Position numbers and translations under genes: made by a program. Under the pieces are notes generated by a model that ran no database searches, was not told where the DNA came from, and was given only the letters and a program-made list of their open reading frames with translations. A stretch of DNA of 64,000 nucleotides from Candidatus Magasanikiibacteriota bacterium (lineage in GTDB: Bacteria > Patescibacteriota > Patescibacteriia > Magasanikbacterales > UBA922), in assembly GCA_018652595.1 (NCBI GenBank), contig JABIBU010000022.1, positions 50,346 to 114,345 of the forward strand, read 5' to 3'. Below, piece after piece: positions 31,903-43,108 of this stretch (position 1 is its first letter; each line of letters opens with the position of its first letter).

Positions 31903-33216
31903 TTACTTTTTTTCTTCTTCACTCTTATCCTCACCTTCGCTCTTAGCTTCGGGAGACTTCGCTTCGCTCGCTTCCTTGTCCACCGTAGCCTTGGCGGAGG
32001 TGGATTCCTTCTTAACTTTCTTCTTTTTATCAGCCTTTTCTTTCTTCTCTTCCTTCACTTCTTCAGCTTTTTCCTCGATGACCTCTTCTTTTGGCTCTTC
32101 GGCCTTTTCTTCTTTTACAACTTCTTTAGTCTTTTTGTCGCCCAATAGCTTTAGACCTAGACGATGTTCAGAAGGTTCAATTGAAATTACTTCGAAGTCT
32201 GATTTTTGGCCAATTGTAAATCTCTCACGTAACTCAGCAGCATCTCTGGCGCTTAGCTCAGAGATATGAGCAAGTCCGTGAATATCCTCGTCTAGCTTTA
32301 CCATTAGACCAAAATTTTCAATCTTGTGGATTTCGCCATTCAAAGTTTCACCTACTTTATATTTTTCTTTTACACTCTTCCAAGGATCATCTACCAAACG
32401 TTTTACAGAAAGATAGATCTTGGATTTGTTGATATCAATGATTTGGGCATTTACTTTTTGGCCGACTTTCAAAACATCACGGGGATGATCAATTCTCTGC
32501 CATACAATTTCGGAAATATGTACTAGACCTTCTAGACCTTCGCCAAACTTGATAAAAGCACCAAAGGAGGTTAGGGCGCTTACTTCGCCCTCTACTACAT
32601 CACCAACATTGAATGAGTCAAGAACAGCTTTTTGTTCATCTTCCCAAACAGCCTTTTCTGAAATAATTAATTTTTCATCTTTTTCAATAGCGTCCAGAAC
32701 CTTTACTTGCATCTTCTTGCCAATCAAACCGCGCAAGTGTTCCAAGATTCTATTCTTGTCTCCACCTTGGACACGAGGATAGTTATCTGGTGACAATTGT
32801 GAAACAGGCATAAAACCTACTAAAGCATCTAACTGCATCATTAGACCGCCTTTGTTGGCAGCTAAGACTTTTCCTTCTAGAGTAATACCGTCTTCGGCAT
32901 TTTTCTTCATTCTAGACCATACAAGATGATGTCCAGCAACACGGAAAGAAAGTTCCATCTCACCATTTTCATTTTCTTTTTCTAGGATAGTTGCTTCTGC
33001 TTCATCACCAACTTTTACATTGGAAAATTCTTTTGACTCAGCAAATAACTCTGGACCACGAACTATACCGGTGACAACACCTTCTATATCCAAGCGGACC
33101 TCACCGTTATCGACTGAGATTACTATACCTTTTACCAATTCACCTTCCTTTGGTAACACGGCAAAAAAGTTCTTTAGCAAATTTGCGAATGAACTAGGGT
33201 TTTTTTCGTCTGACAT
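31903..33216 (-). CDS. rpsA: 30S ribosomal protein S1 (four S1 domains plus charged tail)
   Basis: Repeated S1 domains, FGAFIK..EGLVHISEI. Confidence 0.92.
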   Translation of the reverse strand: MSDEKNPSSFANLLKNFFAVLPKEGELVKGIVISVDNGEVRLDIEGVVTGIVRGPELFAESKEFSNVKVGDEAEATILEKENENGEMELSFRVAGHHLVWSRMKKNAEDGITLEGKVLAANKGGLMMQLDALVGFMPVSQLSPDNYPRVQGGDKNRILEHLRGLIGKKMQVKVLDAIEKDEKLIISEKAVWEDEQKAVLDSFNVGDVVEGEVSALTSFGAFIKFGEGLEGLVHISEIVWQRIDHPRDVLKVGQKVNAQIIDINKSKIYLSVKRLVDDPWKSVKEKYKVGETLNGEIHKIENFGLMVKLDEDIHGLAHISELSARDAAELRERFTIGQKSDFEVISIEPSEHRLGLKLLGDKKTKEVVKEEKAEEPKEEVIEEKAEEVKEEKKEKADKKKKVKKESTSAKATVDKEASEAKSPEAKSEGEDKSEEEKK

Positions 33217-33540
33217 AAATTAAGAATTATATTTAACCTGTTGGTGACGAAACCAGACAAGCTTCCCGATTAATTCGGGATTAATAAGTGGGGAGATTAT
33301 ACAATATTACAAAAAAAATGTCAACCCCGCACCATTTTCACTAAGTTTTACCTTGATAAAAGTGTTGGGGGGGGCAAGAGTGACGTTTTTCTGTTGAATT
33401 CATTCCCAAAGAGGAATGTCCTGTGGGTATTAGAAACTAGGGTGGTAGGGTACTCATTTTGAACTCGTGGACGACCCTACCAGGAAGACTAGCTTCCGAG
33501 GAAAGAATTCGTCCATGAGTTGGACTATGGTGGGGGGGTG

Positions 33541-34083
33541 CTAGTCGTGAGGAATGATCCCCTCGCACTTCTCCATATTGGGGTTAAGTAGCATCTGAAG
33601 ATCCTCCTGAATGAAGAACCTGTAGGCCTCCCGACCATTGGTTAGGGTGCGAACAGGCTGGTTGTCGTACCATTTGCCCCGAGGAACTAGGACGCAGCCC
33701 CTGCCCCCAATCGGCTTCATCTCGAAACCGACGTCCTGGGTGTTACCGGTCTTGAGGACCAATACCCTTGCTAGGACATGTGTGTCCCCGCAGTTCTCCG
33801 GCATGGAGAAAGCGTAATAGGTAGAGGTCTCATCAACGAGCCTCAGCTCCTCCCCGTAGGAGAATGAACTAAGAAGGGTAGTCTCCCTAATCTCGAGCAT
33901 GCTGACCGGTACGGCCATCACACTAGGAGGTGAAACCGAAAAGTCTACTGTAATGACTCCGCCCCACATGGTCTCCGCCTTGGTAATCACCTGCTCAAGA
34001 GAGCTTGTTTTGCCTTGGGCCAAGGGAGTAGAAACAATAAAACAACTAAACATAACCACTACGAGAAGGTGCCAGATCTTCAT
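33541..34083 (-). CDS. secreted hypothetical protein (GC-richer orphan)
   Basis: Signal peptide; AAGGAGG SD; TTGACA-17-TATAAT promoter. Confidence 0.7.
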   Translation of the reverse strand: MKIWHLLVVVMFSCFIVSTPLAQGKTSSLEQVITKAETMWGGVITVDFSVSPPSVMAVPVSMLEIRETTLLSSFSYGEELRLVDETSTYYAFSMPENCGDTHVLARVLVLKTGNTQDVGFEMKPIGGRGCVLVPRGKWYDNQPVRTLTNGREAYRFFIQEDLQMLLNPNMEKCEGIIPHD

Positions 34084-34377
34084 AACTCCCTCCTTATAGG
34101 GGTTAAAAAACTAAAATAGAGTACCCACCTTAATTTCTAATATAAATTTTAAAGAACCCCAACAATGGATTATAGTCTGTTTTAGGGCTTTTGTCAAGCC
34201 CCGGTGCCCAACTTAGATAACTTAACCAATTGGAAACACTGTGTTGGCTTGTTTTTTGCTAAAATAAGCCAAAAATATACCCCCCATTCACAGCCTATAA
34301 CCACTTGCGGTTTTACAATAAATAATGTATAATATAGCCACTTTTTACTTTATACTTTGTAACTTTTAACTAAATTT

Positions 34378-34992
34378 ATGCATATCTCATGGCTGGGCAA
34401 TACTGCCGTAAAAATACAAGTAAAACCTTTTGATAAGGACGTAACTATAGTAATAGACCCTTACAAACCAGAAAAAGGCTCTTTTCCACGAAGTCTAACC
34501 CCAGACATCGGCCTCTACACCAAGGGTGAGAAAGATTCCATAACACTGTCTGGAGATCCTTTTGTTTTGGATACTCCTGGTGAATGTGAGACAAAAGGCG
34601 TATTAATAACCACTGTACAGAGCGAAAAGGCCGAAGATATAAAAATTAGATTAGATGCTGAACAAATGAGTGTAGGGCATTTGGGATTGGCAAATAAACA
34701 ACTAACAGAAAAAGAGTTAGAGGTTTTGGCAGATGTAGATATTTTGTTGATACCAGTAGGAGGGGATGACTGCTACGATGCTCAGACTGCAGCAAAGGCT
34801 GCGACCTCAATTGAGCCAAAAATTATTATTCCAATTGCTTTTAAGTCTGATAATAATACAAATGCTAGACCGGTAGAAGACTTTTTGAAAGAAATGGGTG
34901 TGGCTAGCACAGCACCAGAAAAGAAATTTATTATAAAGAAAAAAAACCTACCGACCGAAGAAACACAGGTAATAGTCTTGGCCAAAGAATAA
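34378..34992 (+). CDS. metallo-beta-lactamase-fold protein, degenerate metal site
   Basis: MHISWLG, IDPY, PGE.E.KG, DILLIPVGG, EPKIIIP; HxHxDH motif absent. Confidence 0.8.
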   Translation: MHISWLGNTAVKIQVKPFDKDVTIVIDPYKPEKGSFPRSLTPDIGLYTKGEKDSITLSGDPFVLDTPGECETKGVLITTVQSEKAEDIKIRLDAEQMSVGHLGLANKQLTEKELEVLADVDILLIPVGGDDCYDAQTAAKAATSIEPKIIIPIAFKSDNNTNARPVEDFLKEMGVASTAPEKKFIIKKKNLPTEETQVIVLAKE

Positions 34993-35013
34993 AAAAATGT
35001 AATTTTTCAAAAT

Positions 35014-35766
35014 ATGCCTGTCAAAAAAACACCAAAGAATAAAAAAAGTGGTAGCCCTTCGAAAAAGAAAGTTTCCAAAACTAAACCTGCTGTTAAAAAA
35101 ACCAAAAAGAAGAGGGTTTCTCCAAAAAAATCTACAAACAAGGTAAATAAAAAAGAATTAAAAAAAGCAGTAGACAGACTACCGGGTTTAATTGCAGAAA
35201 AAGCAAAGTTAGAAAAAAAAGAAATCGCACCAGAACAAATAACGGAAAGACCTAGAGATGTGATAGAAATTCGAGAACTAAAACCAACAGGAGAGACAAA
35301 GACAAGGGTAGGTCAAAATTATGACGATGGCCGAGACAAAAAATGGCTAATGTGGCTAGGGGTAATAATTTTTGCCACTGCCATACTTGCGCTCTGGGGA
35401 TGGAATTTAATAGTAAAATTTCAAGATACAGCAAAAATAGATAACCTTGGAATAATAAAGGAAGTAAAAGAAGAAATCCAAACAACTTTGAAGGTGTCTG
35501 AGACAGAAGAAGACGAAGAAACAAATGAAGCAGAGTCCGTGAACCCACCACCTGAGGGAGAAGACGGTGAAAGCCTGAAAGAAAAACTAAAACAAAACAT
35601 AGCCAGCATTATAACAACAATAAAAACTGGCACTACAACTCCAAATGTAGAAAAAGAAGACGCTGGATTTCCAACAAATGCGAGCAGTACCAACACAGAG
35701 ATTATAGAAAAGCTAGATAACACTATAGAAAAAAATAATAACGAAATAATAACACCTTCATTGTAA
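35014..35766 (+). CDS. hypothetical single-TM protein with Lys-rich N-terminus
   Basis: ORF in an operon with gyrA. Confidence 0.7.
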   Translation: MPVKKTPKNKKSGSPSKKKVSKTKPAVKKTKKKRVSPKKSTNKVNKKELKKAVDRLPGLIAEKAKLEKKEIAPEQITERPRDVIEIRELKPTGETKTRVGQNYDDGRDKKWLMWLGVIIFATAILALWGWNLIVKFQDTAKIDNLGIIKEVKEEIQTTLKVSETEEDEETNEAESVNPPPEGEDGESLKEKLKQNIASIITTIKTGTTTPNVEKEDAGFPTNASSTNTEIIEKLDNTIEKNNNEIITPSL

Positions 35767-35770
35767 AATT

Positions 35771-38278
35771 ATGGCCAAGAAAAAAATGATTTCAAAAATA
35801 AAACAAGACAGATTAGAAATCGATCCGGTAGGAAAAATTGAACCTATTCAACTGGTAGATGAGATGAAAAAATCTTATCTAGACTATGCTATGAGTGTAA
35901 TTGTATCTCGTGCTCTACCAGATGTCCGAGATGGATTGAAACCGGTACACAGAAGAATCTTGTACGCCATGTGGAATGTAGGCTTGAAGTCTAATGCAAA
36001 ATTCAAAAAGTCTGCCCATGTAGTCGGTGAAGTAATGGCCAAGTACCATCCCCATGGTGACTCTGCTATTTATGATTCTATGGTGAGGATGGCTCAAGAC
36101 TTTTCTATGAGAACACCCTTGGTAAATGGCCAGGGTAACTTTGGTTCTATGGATGGTGACAGTGCTGCTGCCATGCGTTATACAGAGGCCAAACTACAGT
36201 CTGTGGCCGAAGAACTACTTCACGATATAGACAAAAATACTGTAAACTTTAGACCAAACTACGATGGCTCTACCAGGGAACCTACCGTACTACCCAGCAA
36301 GCTACCAGGATTATTATTGAACGGTTCTATGGGTATTGCAGTTGGTATGGCCACCAATATTCCACCGCACAACCTAAGTGAATTATGCGACGGCATCACA
36401 GCTCTTATTGATAACCCAAAAACTGCCGTGGAGGGATTGATGGAACACATAAAAGGACCAGACTTCCCAACTGGCGGTATTATTTATAATAAAAAAGATA
36501 TTGCTGCAGCTTATGCTACTGGTAGAGGCGGAATAGTACTCCGAGCCAAGACTGAAATCCAAGAAAGTAAGTCTGGACAATTTCATATTATAGTCACAGA
36601 AGTTGCCTATCAAACAAACAAAGCCACACTACTAGAAAAAATTGCCGGACTTGTCCACGAAAAGAAAATTGACGGCATCAAGGACCTAAGAGACGAATCA
36701 AACAAAGATGGCGTACGCGTGGTTATTGATTTGAAAAAAGATGCTTATCCCAAAAAGGTTTTGAATCGATTGTACAAGCTCACTGATTTGCAGACTACTT
36801 TTCATGTAAACACTTTGGCACTGATCGATGGAATCCAACCACGTGTTTTAAACTTGAAAACAATTCTAGAAGAATATATCAAACACAGACAAGAAGTAAT
36901 CAAACGCAGAACTCAGTTTGACCTAGACAAAGCAAAAGACCGTGCTCATATTTTGGAAGGCCTCAAAAAAGCATTGGATAAAATTGATCTAGTAATAAGC
37001 ACGATTCGCAAATCAAAAGATAAAGACGAAGCCAAAGTAAACTTGATGAAGAAATTCAAATTTACTGAGAGACAAACTGTTGCAATTCTAGAAATGAAAC
37101 TGCAACAACTTGCCAATTTGGAAAGAAAGAAAATTGAAGACGAATTGAAAGAGAAAAAAGCATTAATAAAAGAACTGGAAGCATTACTTGCTAGCCCAAA
37201 AAGAATTCTAGGCGTGATTAAAAAAGAAATAAAAGAAGTAAAGGAAAAATTTGGCAATGAAAGACGCACCAAAATCATCCCCCATGGTGTAAAAGAATTC
37301 AAAATCGAAGATTTGATTCCAAATGAACCAACTATTATTATGGCCACCAAGGATGGCTACATCAAGCGCCTACCGCCAGACACATTTAAGACTCAATCTC
37401 GTGGCGGCAAAGGTGTAATTGGCCTCACCACCAAAGAAGAAGATGTAGTAGACCTCATGATCACTACTAACACTCATGATAATATTTTGTTCTTCACCTC
37501 TCGTGGACGAGTATTCCAACTTCGAGCCTACGATATCCCAGAAGCCAAGCGTACTGGAAAAGGCCAGGCATTGGTAAACTTCTTACAACTTGCACCAAAT
37601 GAAAAGGTCTCGTCAATTCTATCCATGAGTGACATCAACAAATACAAGTTCTTAGTCATGGTAACAAGCAAGGGCAACACAAAGAAGACTGCCCTTACAG
37701 ATTTTGACAATGTAAGGCGCTCTGGTCTAATTGCTATCAAACTAAAACCAGAAGACAAGCTAGAATGGGTCCGTCCATCTACTGGTAAGGATGAGGTTAT
37801 TATCGCTACCTCTCTTGGTCAAGCTATTAGATTCAAAGAATCTGGTATTCGTGCAATGGGCAGAACTGCTAGCGGTGTTCGTGGTATCAGACTAAAATCT
37901 AATGACGAAGTTATTGGTATGGATGTGGTAGACCCCGAACTAATAAAAAAGAAGGTTTTGGAAATGCTAGTAATATCAGAAAATGGTCTTGGCAAAAAAA
38001 CCAAGATATCTGAATACAAAGTTCAAGGCAGGGGTGGGTCTGGTATCAAAACCATGTCTATCACTACCAAAACTGGAAAACTAATCGCCATGAGAGTGAC
38101 AAATAATACCGAAGATCAAGACCTCATGATGATCTCAGTAAAAGGCCAAGTAATCCGCACCCCACTAAAAGCTGTCTCCACTCTCGGCCGAGCTACTCAA
38201 GGTGTGAGGATCATGCGATTCAAAGCCGAAGGCGACAAGGTGGCGAGCATAACACTACTTGAAAGCATAAAAGAATAG
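35771..38278 (+). CDS. gyrA: DNA gyrase subunit A
   Basis: [29 protein letters not shown], GyrA-box QSRGGKG. Confidence 0.98.
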   Translation: MAKKKMISKIKQDRLEIDPVGKIEPIQLVDEMKKSYLDYAMSVIVSRALPDVRDGLKPVHRRILYAMWNVGLKSNAKFKKSAHVVGEVMAKYHPHGDSAIYDSMVRMAQDFSMRTPLVNGQGNFGSMDGDSAAAMRYTEAKLQSVAEELLHDIDKNTVNFRPNYDGSTREPTVLPSKLPGLLLNGSMGIAVGMATNIPPHNLSELCDGITALIDNPKTAVEGLMEHIKGPDFPTGGIIYNKKDIAAAYATGRGGIVLRAKTEIQESKSGQFHIIVTEVAYQTNKATLLEKIAGLVHEKKIDGIKDLRDESNKDGVRVVIDLKKDAYPKKVLNRLYKLTDLQTTFHVNTLALIDGIQPRVLNLKTILEEYIKHRQEVIKRRTQFDLDKAKDRAHILEGLKKALDKIDLVISTIRKSKDKDEAKVNLMKKFKFTERQTVAILEMKLQQLANLERKKIEDELKEKKALIKELEALLASPKRILGVIKKEIKEVKEKFGNERRTKIIPHGVKEFKIEDLIPNEPTIIMATKDGYIKRLPPDTFKTQSRGGKGVIGLTTKEEDVVDLMITTNTHDNILFFTSRGRVFQLRAYDIPEAKRTGKGQALVNFLQLAPNEKVSSILSMSDINKYKFLVMVTSKGNTKKTALTDFDNVRRSGLIAIKLKPEDKLEWVRPSTGKDEVIIATSLGQAIRFKESGIRAMGRTASGVRGIRLKSNDEVIGMDVVDPELIKKKVLEMLVISENGLGKKTKISEYKVQGRGGSGIKTMSITTKTGKLIAMRVTNNTEDQDLMMISVKGQVIRTPLKAVSTLGRATQGVRIMRFKAEGDKVASITLLESIKE

Positions 38279-38374
38279 AAACACTTAAACAAATATAAAA
38301 AATCCCCGGGAAGAGGGATTTTTTATTTGTTTATTATCTGTGTAATCCTTTAAAAATCTATTTGAATCAGTGTA

Positions 38375-38950
38375 TTATTTACCAGCACCCTTCAACGCTT
38401 CCCTCAACAACTGTTCACCAGTCTTACCCTCTACATCCAAATCTTTAACAACCTGCCTCGCCTCTTCTTTGGAATAACCCAGAGAAACTAAACCATCAAT
38501 CGCATCACCCATAACACTCCCCGCCTTTTCCACAACTTTTGACTTTTGAACTTCCACTTTCGATTTGAGTTCTACTGTCAATCTTTCTGCAGTTCTCTTC
38601 CCAACCCCACTTACTTTTGTAAGATAATCAACATCACTATTAGAAATTGCATTTTGAATTTCGTCTAAACTTCCCAGACCAAGAATATTCAAAGCACTTT
38701 TTGGTCCGATGCCATTAACAGAAATTAAAAGCTCGAAAAAATCTTTTTCTTCCAAAGTTTCAAACCCATACAAGTCCATTGCATTTTCTGATACTCGTAA
38801 ATAGGTATGGAGCCCCACCTCATTACCCACTTCCAAACTGGCGCACTTTTCAGTTTGCAAACCTACTTCGTAGCCAACCCAGCCAGCTGTCAAAACAGTA
38901 AGGCTATTTTCTTTTTTAGTAATAATTTTTCCTTGTATAAATGATATCAT
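38375..38950 (-). CDS. ruvA: Holliday junction DNA-binding protein RuvA
   Basis: GYEV, LYGF, VNGIGPKSA, GVGKRTAERL, LVSLGY. Confidence 0.95.
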   Translation of the reverse strand: MISFIQGKIITKKENSLTVLTAGWVGYEVGLQTEKCASLEVGNEVGLHTYLRVSENAMDLYGFETLEEKDFFELLISVNGIGPKSALNILGLGSLDEIQNAISNSDVDYLTKVSGVGKRTAERLTVELKSKVEVQKSKVVEKAGSVMGDAIDGLVSLGYSKEEARQVVKDLDVEGKTGEQLLREALKGAGK

Positions 38951-39112
38951 AATATTTAATCAACTTCTCCACAGCAAGCTGATGGAGTATAGATAGGTAG
39001 TTTCAAAGCAAGTTTCTAGAAATTAAACTCTCTTGTCCCGACAATAGTCGGGATTAAAGTAACCTGGAGGGATTTGCCAAATTGCAAACCCCACCGCTCC
39101 TTCCTGTGCCTC

Positions 39113-39331
39113 CTAAAGCTTGAGTTTGCCAAAGTGAATACGCAAAACGGTAGAGAAATCTGCCACGCTACAAGAGCGCGGAGGTGTCTTAGGGTCTGTA
39201 TCGACATCTTCCAGACGATAGTTGATGACACCATCGCTGATGGCATAACCAGACCAACTCAAAACATGTCTAGGGTCATCCCCCTTATTAACCCAGACGA
39301 AATCTTCTCCCTCAAACGTTCCTCTCTTCAT
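39113..39331 (-). CDS. small hypothetical protein (72 aa), translationally coupled
   Basis: ATG overlaps the upstream TGA (TGATG); AAGAGGT SD. Confidence 0.55.
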   Translation of the reverse strand: MKRGTFEGEDFVWVNKGDDPRHVLSWSGYAISDGVINYRLEDVDTDPKTPPRSCSVADFSTVLRIHFGKLKL

Positions 39332-39543
39332 CAATACGACCTCTTCTTGAATTTCTGCGGAAACCACCTTCTCAAACAAGAAGAAAGCTGTCCGATAGGA
39401 ACATCAGATTCACCACGACCCTCAACAAACACTCGCACCACGACCCCTCCAGGAAGCAGTGCGGAAATAATCTTGGCCCGATGAACTATGTCATCAGGAG
39501 TCATCCAATGTTCCACATAAACACGGGCGCTCTGTTGCATCAT
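39331..39543 (-). CDS. small hypothetical protein (70 aa, SH3/Tudor-like pattern)
   Basis: TTGACT-17-TATTAT promoter; GGGGG before ATG. Confidence 0.55.
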   Translation of the reverse strand: MMQQSARVYVEHWMTPDDIVHRAKIISALLPGGVVVRVFVEGRGESDVPIGQLSSCLRRWFPQKFKKRSY

Positions 39544-39611
39544 ACCCCCAAAAAAACATATTGAAGTTCATCTTCCACAATCTAATAATAGCAACTTTCT
39601 TCGTGTAAGTC

Positions 39612-39637
39612 AAAACCGCCCTGAAGGGCGGTTTTTT
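39612..39637 (-). terminator. terminator after tsf
   Basis: AAAACCGCCC-TGAA-GGGCGGTTTT. Confidence 0.8.
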
Positions 39638-39659
39638 AAATATCTAATGTAAAATATTT

Positions 39660-40310
39660 TTATTCTCCCATTTGCTCAGCCACTTCTTCGGCAAAATCAC
39701 AGGCTTTCTTTTCAATGCCCTCACCCAGCTCAAAGCGGGAAAAACGACGCAAGGTAACCTTTTCACCAATTTCGGCACTGGCCTGGACCAACACCTGCTC
39801 CACTGTTTTGTCTTCGTCTTTGATAAAGGACTGCTCTAGAAGACAAATTTCACTATAAAATTTACCCAATTTTCCTTCTACAATCTTTTCAATCATCTCT
39901 TCTGGCTTGCCTTCGTTTTTCAATTGCTCGGCATAAACATCCTTTTCTTTTGCAATCTCGTCTTCTGACACTTCTTCACGACTTAGATATTTTGGTGATA
40001 CAGCTGCGATATGCATAGCCATATCATGAGCCAAATCCTTAAACTTGTCGGTCTTGGCAACAAAATCTGTTTCACAATTAAGTTCAAGTAAAACTCCGAT
40101 CTTCCCATTGCCGTGGATATAGCTATAGACCAAGCCTTCGGCTGCAATTTTGTCAGCACGCTTGGCAGCTTTTGCAATACCTTTTTTCCTTAGCTCATCA
40201 ATAGCCTTATCAATATTTCCATCAGCCCCTTCTAAGGCTTTTTTACAATCCATCATACCTGCTCCTGTTTTTGCTCGGAGCGCAGCAATGTCTTGTGCGG
40301 TAATACTCAT
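39660..40310 (-). CDS. tsf: elongation factor Ts (short form)
   Basis: LRAKTGAGMMDCKKAL, ELNCETDFVAK. Confidence 0.97.
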   Translation of the reverse strand: MSITAQDIAALRAKTGAGMMDCKKALEGADGNIDKAIDELRKKGIAKAAKRADKIAAEGLVYSYIHGNGKIGVLLELNCETDFVAKTDKFKDLAHDMAMHIAAVSPKYLSREEVSEDEIAKEKDVYAEQLKNEGKPEEMIEKIVEGKLGKFYSEICLLEQSFIKDEDKTVEQVLVQASAEIGEKVTLRRFSRFELGEGIEKKACDFAEEVAEQMGE

Positions 40311-40357
40311 AATTTTTATTTTTAATATTTTGAAATAAATTTAACTAACAGAATCCA

Positions 40358-41074
40358 TTACTTGGATGGGTTTTGACCGATTGTTTTTTCTTGTTGATCA
40401 ACCCCTATCTTTATTGCATCAGATACTAGACTCACCATCATCTTGATGGAGTTAATAGCATCGTCATTTGCGGGAATAAATAAATCTGCTTTATCAGGAT
40501 TAGCATTAGTATCAGAAATTCCAATTACAGGTACTTTCATTTTTGTTGCTTCTGTTACAGCTGTCTTTTCACGCTGTAGAGAAGGGATAAACAAAGCATC
40601 TGGTAACTCTTTTAGACCAGCCAAACCAGATAGGCTAATATCCATCTTTATAAGTTGCTTGGCAATATCAATTTGTTCTTTTTTGGTATATTTTTCAAGT
40701 TCACCACTGGCCTGCTCTTCTTTCAATTTGTTGTATCTAGCGATAAGTTTTTTGATCTCTGAAAAGTTGGTAATAAGACCACCAACCCAACGATCTACTA
40801 AATAAGGCATACCACAATTAATCGCGGCTTCCTTTACGATTTCTTTGGCTTGGGGGTTGGTAGAAACAAATAAAATTTTCTTACCGTCCTTTGCCATTTT
40901 TTGGACTTCTACCAAAAATTCTTCTGTCATTGTTTTGGTCTTTTCCAAATCAATAATATGTACACCATTACGCTTGGTAAAGATATACTCGTCCATTTTT
41001 GGATGACGTCTGGTAGTCTGGTGCCCAAAGTGAACTCCAGCCTGCAACATCTCCAAAATACTAGGTATTTTCAT
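40358..41074 (-). CDS. rpsB: 30S ribosomal protein S2
   Basis: AGVHFGH, RWVGGLITNF, DTNANP, PANDDA; start MKIPS. Confidence 0.97.
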   Translation of the reverse strand: MKIPSILEMLQAGVHFGHQTTRRHPKMDEYIFTKRNGVHIIDLEKTKTMTEEFLVEVQKMAKDGKKILFVSTNPQAKEIVKEAAINCGMPYLVDRWVGGLITNFSEIKKLIARYNKLKEEQASGELEKYTKKEQIDIAKQLIKMDISLSGLAGLKELPDALFIPSLQREKTAVTEATKMKVPVIGISDTNANPDKADLFIPANDDAINSIKMMVSLVSDAIKIGVDQQEKTIGQNPSK

Positions 41075-41282
41075 AGTTTTTTCCTTATTCCTCTCTATCA
41101 CGACCTTTTGGGATGGCCAAAAGGAGGAAAAAATGCGATAGATGAGGGATTAATTAGTACTTTTCGCGAACACGAGAAGTGACAATATAATACAATATTT
41201 TAACTTTTTTGTCAAGAGAATAACATTTAAGTACATTTTATGATATAATACTATTAATCTAATAAATTATTAAGATAACCTT

Positions 41283-42353
41283 ATGCCAAAAGTGAATAAA
41301 AATAAACTAAGTTTTACAAAAATGCGGTCTAGTTTTTTCTTTGGACTGATCATTATTTTGACTATTTCTATACTATACATATTCAAGCCGTTTATTTATC
41401 CGATATTTTGGGCAGCTGTAATAGCAATGATGTTTTATCCGATTTTTAGTTGGCTCAACCGCTACATGAAGGCACCAAACCTGTCTGCCTTTATTGTTCT
41501 AATACTCGTAATAGTAACCATTTTCTTGCCTTTGGTTTTGTTATCTAGCCTACTTGTGAATGAATCCGTTGATCTATATCAATCAGTATCAAAATGGGAC
41601 CTAAGCGATCAAGTTCAAGATGTATCAATCTGGGTAGAAAAAACATCTTTTGCCCCATATATAGAAAAAGCCCAAACAGAGTGGGCCAACTATGCGGCCA
41701 ATACAGCCAAAAGTGTAAGTGTATTTCTATTTAATAATATTAAAAGCGTAACTCAAAATTCTCTACGCTTTATATTCATGATGTTTATAATGCTTTATAC
41801 CTTGTTTTACTTTTTGAAAGATGGTGAAAAAATGTTAAAACGCCTAATGCACTTATCACCCCTCGGAGACAAATACGAAAAAATGCTTTATGAAAAGTTC
41901 CGTTCTGCCTCTCGTGCGACCCTGAAAGGAACATTTATTATTGGTAGTATCCAAGGTATTTTAGGTGGAATACTTTTTTGGGCCACTGGCATAGAAGGTG
42001 CTTTTATCTGGGGTATTATTATGGTGGCACTATCTATCATCCCAGCTATAGGCTCTGTGATTATTTGGTTCCCTGCTGGGATTATAATGTTGATAATTGG
42101 AAATATTTGGCAGGGTGTTGTCATCTTAGTAATCGGCACACTGGTTATTAGCATGATAGACAATCTTCTTAGGCCACCTATGGTTGGAAAAGATATTCAG
42201 ATGCATCCTTTACTCGTATTATTTTCAACCCTAGGCGGAATACTAATATTTGGAATTTCTGGATTTATTATAGGTCCAATACTCGCGGCTCTGTTTGTTG
42301 CTATTATGACTATCTATGACCATCATTATAGGAATGAATTGCAGAATAATTAG
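41283..42353 (+). CDS. AI-2E family transporter
   Basis: FYFLKDG, IDNLLRP, GFIIGP. Confidence 0.9.
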   Translation: MPKVNKNKLSFTKMRSSFFFGLIIILTISILYIFKPFIYPIFWAAVIAMMFYPIFSWLNRYMKAPNLSAFIVLILVIVTIFLPLVLLSSLLVNESVDLYQSVSKWDLSDQVQDVSIWVEKTSFAPYIEKAQTEWANYAANTAKSVSVFLFNNIKSVTQNSLRFIFMMFIMLYTLFYFLKDGEKMLKRLMHLSPLGDKYEKMLYEKFRSASRATLKGTFIIGSIQGILGGILFWATGIEGAFIWGIIMVALSIIPAIGSVIIWFPAGIIMLIIGNIWQGVVILVIGTLVISMIDNLLRPPMVGKDIQMHPLLVLFSTLGGILIFGISGFIIGPILAALFVAIMTIYDHHYRNELQNN

Positions 42354-42417
42354 TACACATCGTAGATAAAAAAATAGTACGTACTTTAGTGCGTACTATT
42401 TTTAATTTGTAAAAAAC

Positions 42418-42882
42418 TTATTCCTTTATACTTTTTATCATCTTCTCAATTGACTCCTCTGCCTTTGTCCTCAAGTCTTCCTCGCTCATATTTATAGCAA
42501 CACCTTTTTCTAGCTCAGCCATTTCTTCGCGTATCAAATCCTCTCTCATTTTCTCCACTTCCACCACATAATCTTTTATTTTTAATTTTAATTCTTCAAC
42601 TTTCTTCTTATCTTGTCGAATAGATGTCGGATCATCATCGTCCTGTACCAACTGCAATTGCGCTCGTAGATTCCTAATCGCCTGTGTCACTTCTTGCATG
42701 TGCAAAACAATATTTTGCATCTGTTTTTTACTAGATTTTACCTCCTTTACCAAAAAATCTGCTTTTTCCATAGCGGAGGCGCTTTTTAGTTCAGCATCAA
42801 CTTCACTTTCCTTTGACTCACGAGATTCATGGCTCTTCTCCTGCTCATTCGAATAAATTTTCTTTTCTGCTTCTAAAGACAT
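42418..42882 (-). CDS. hypothetical coiled-coil protein
   Basis: 154 aa E/K-rich ORF; bidirectional terminator at about 42371-42403. Confidence 0.7.
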   Translation of the reverse strand: MSLEAEKKIYSNEQEKSHESRESKESEVDAELKSASAMEKADFLVKEVKSSKKQMQNIVLHMQEVTQAIRNLRAQLQLVQDDDDPTSIRQDKKKVEELKLKIKDYVVEVEKMREDLIREEMAELEKGVAINMSEEDLRTKAEESIEKMIKSIKE

Positions 42883-42977
42883 AGTAATACTATTGTAACA
42901 TTAAAGTATTTTACTTTCAAACAAAAAACTCCCAAAATGAGAGTTCTGATTGCTGGGCATAACGCAGTGAAGCCCAG

Positions 42978-43060
42978 TGCTCGGGGCGGGACTCGAACCC
43001 GCACAGTATTGCTACCAAGGGATTTTAAGTCCCTCGTGTCTACCATTCCACCACCCGAGC
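42978..43060 (-). tRNA. tRNA-Leu(TAA)
   Basis: GCTCGGG acceptor stem, GGAATGG D-loop, CTTAAAA anticodon loop, long variable arm, GTTCGAG; CCA not encoded. Confidence 0.95.
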
Positions 43061-43108
43061 ATTATTGTACGAAGAGATTATAGCAAAATAATGAAAATAA
43101 AACAAGAC

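Noticed and set aside
39113-39543. Frameshifted pseudogene
   Set aside because: The TGATG overlap with its own SD fits two coupled genes better
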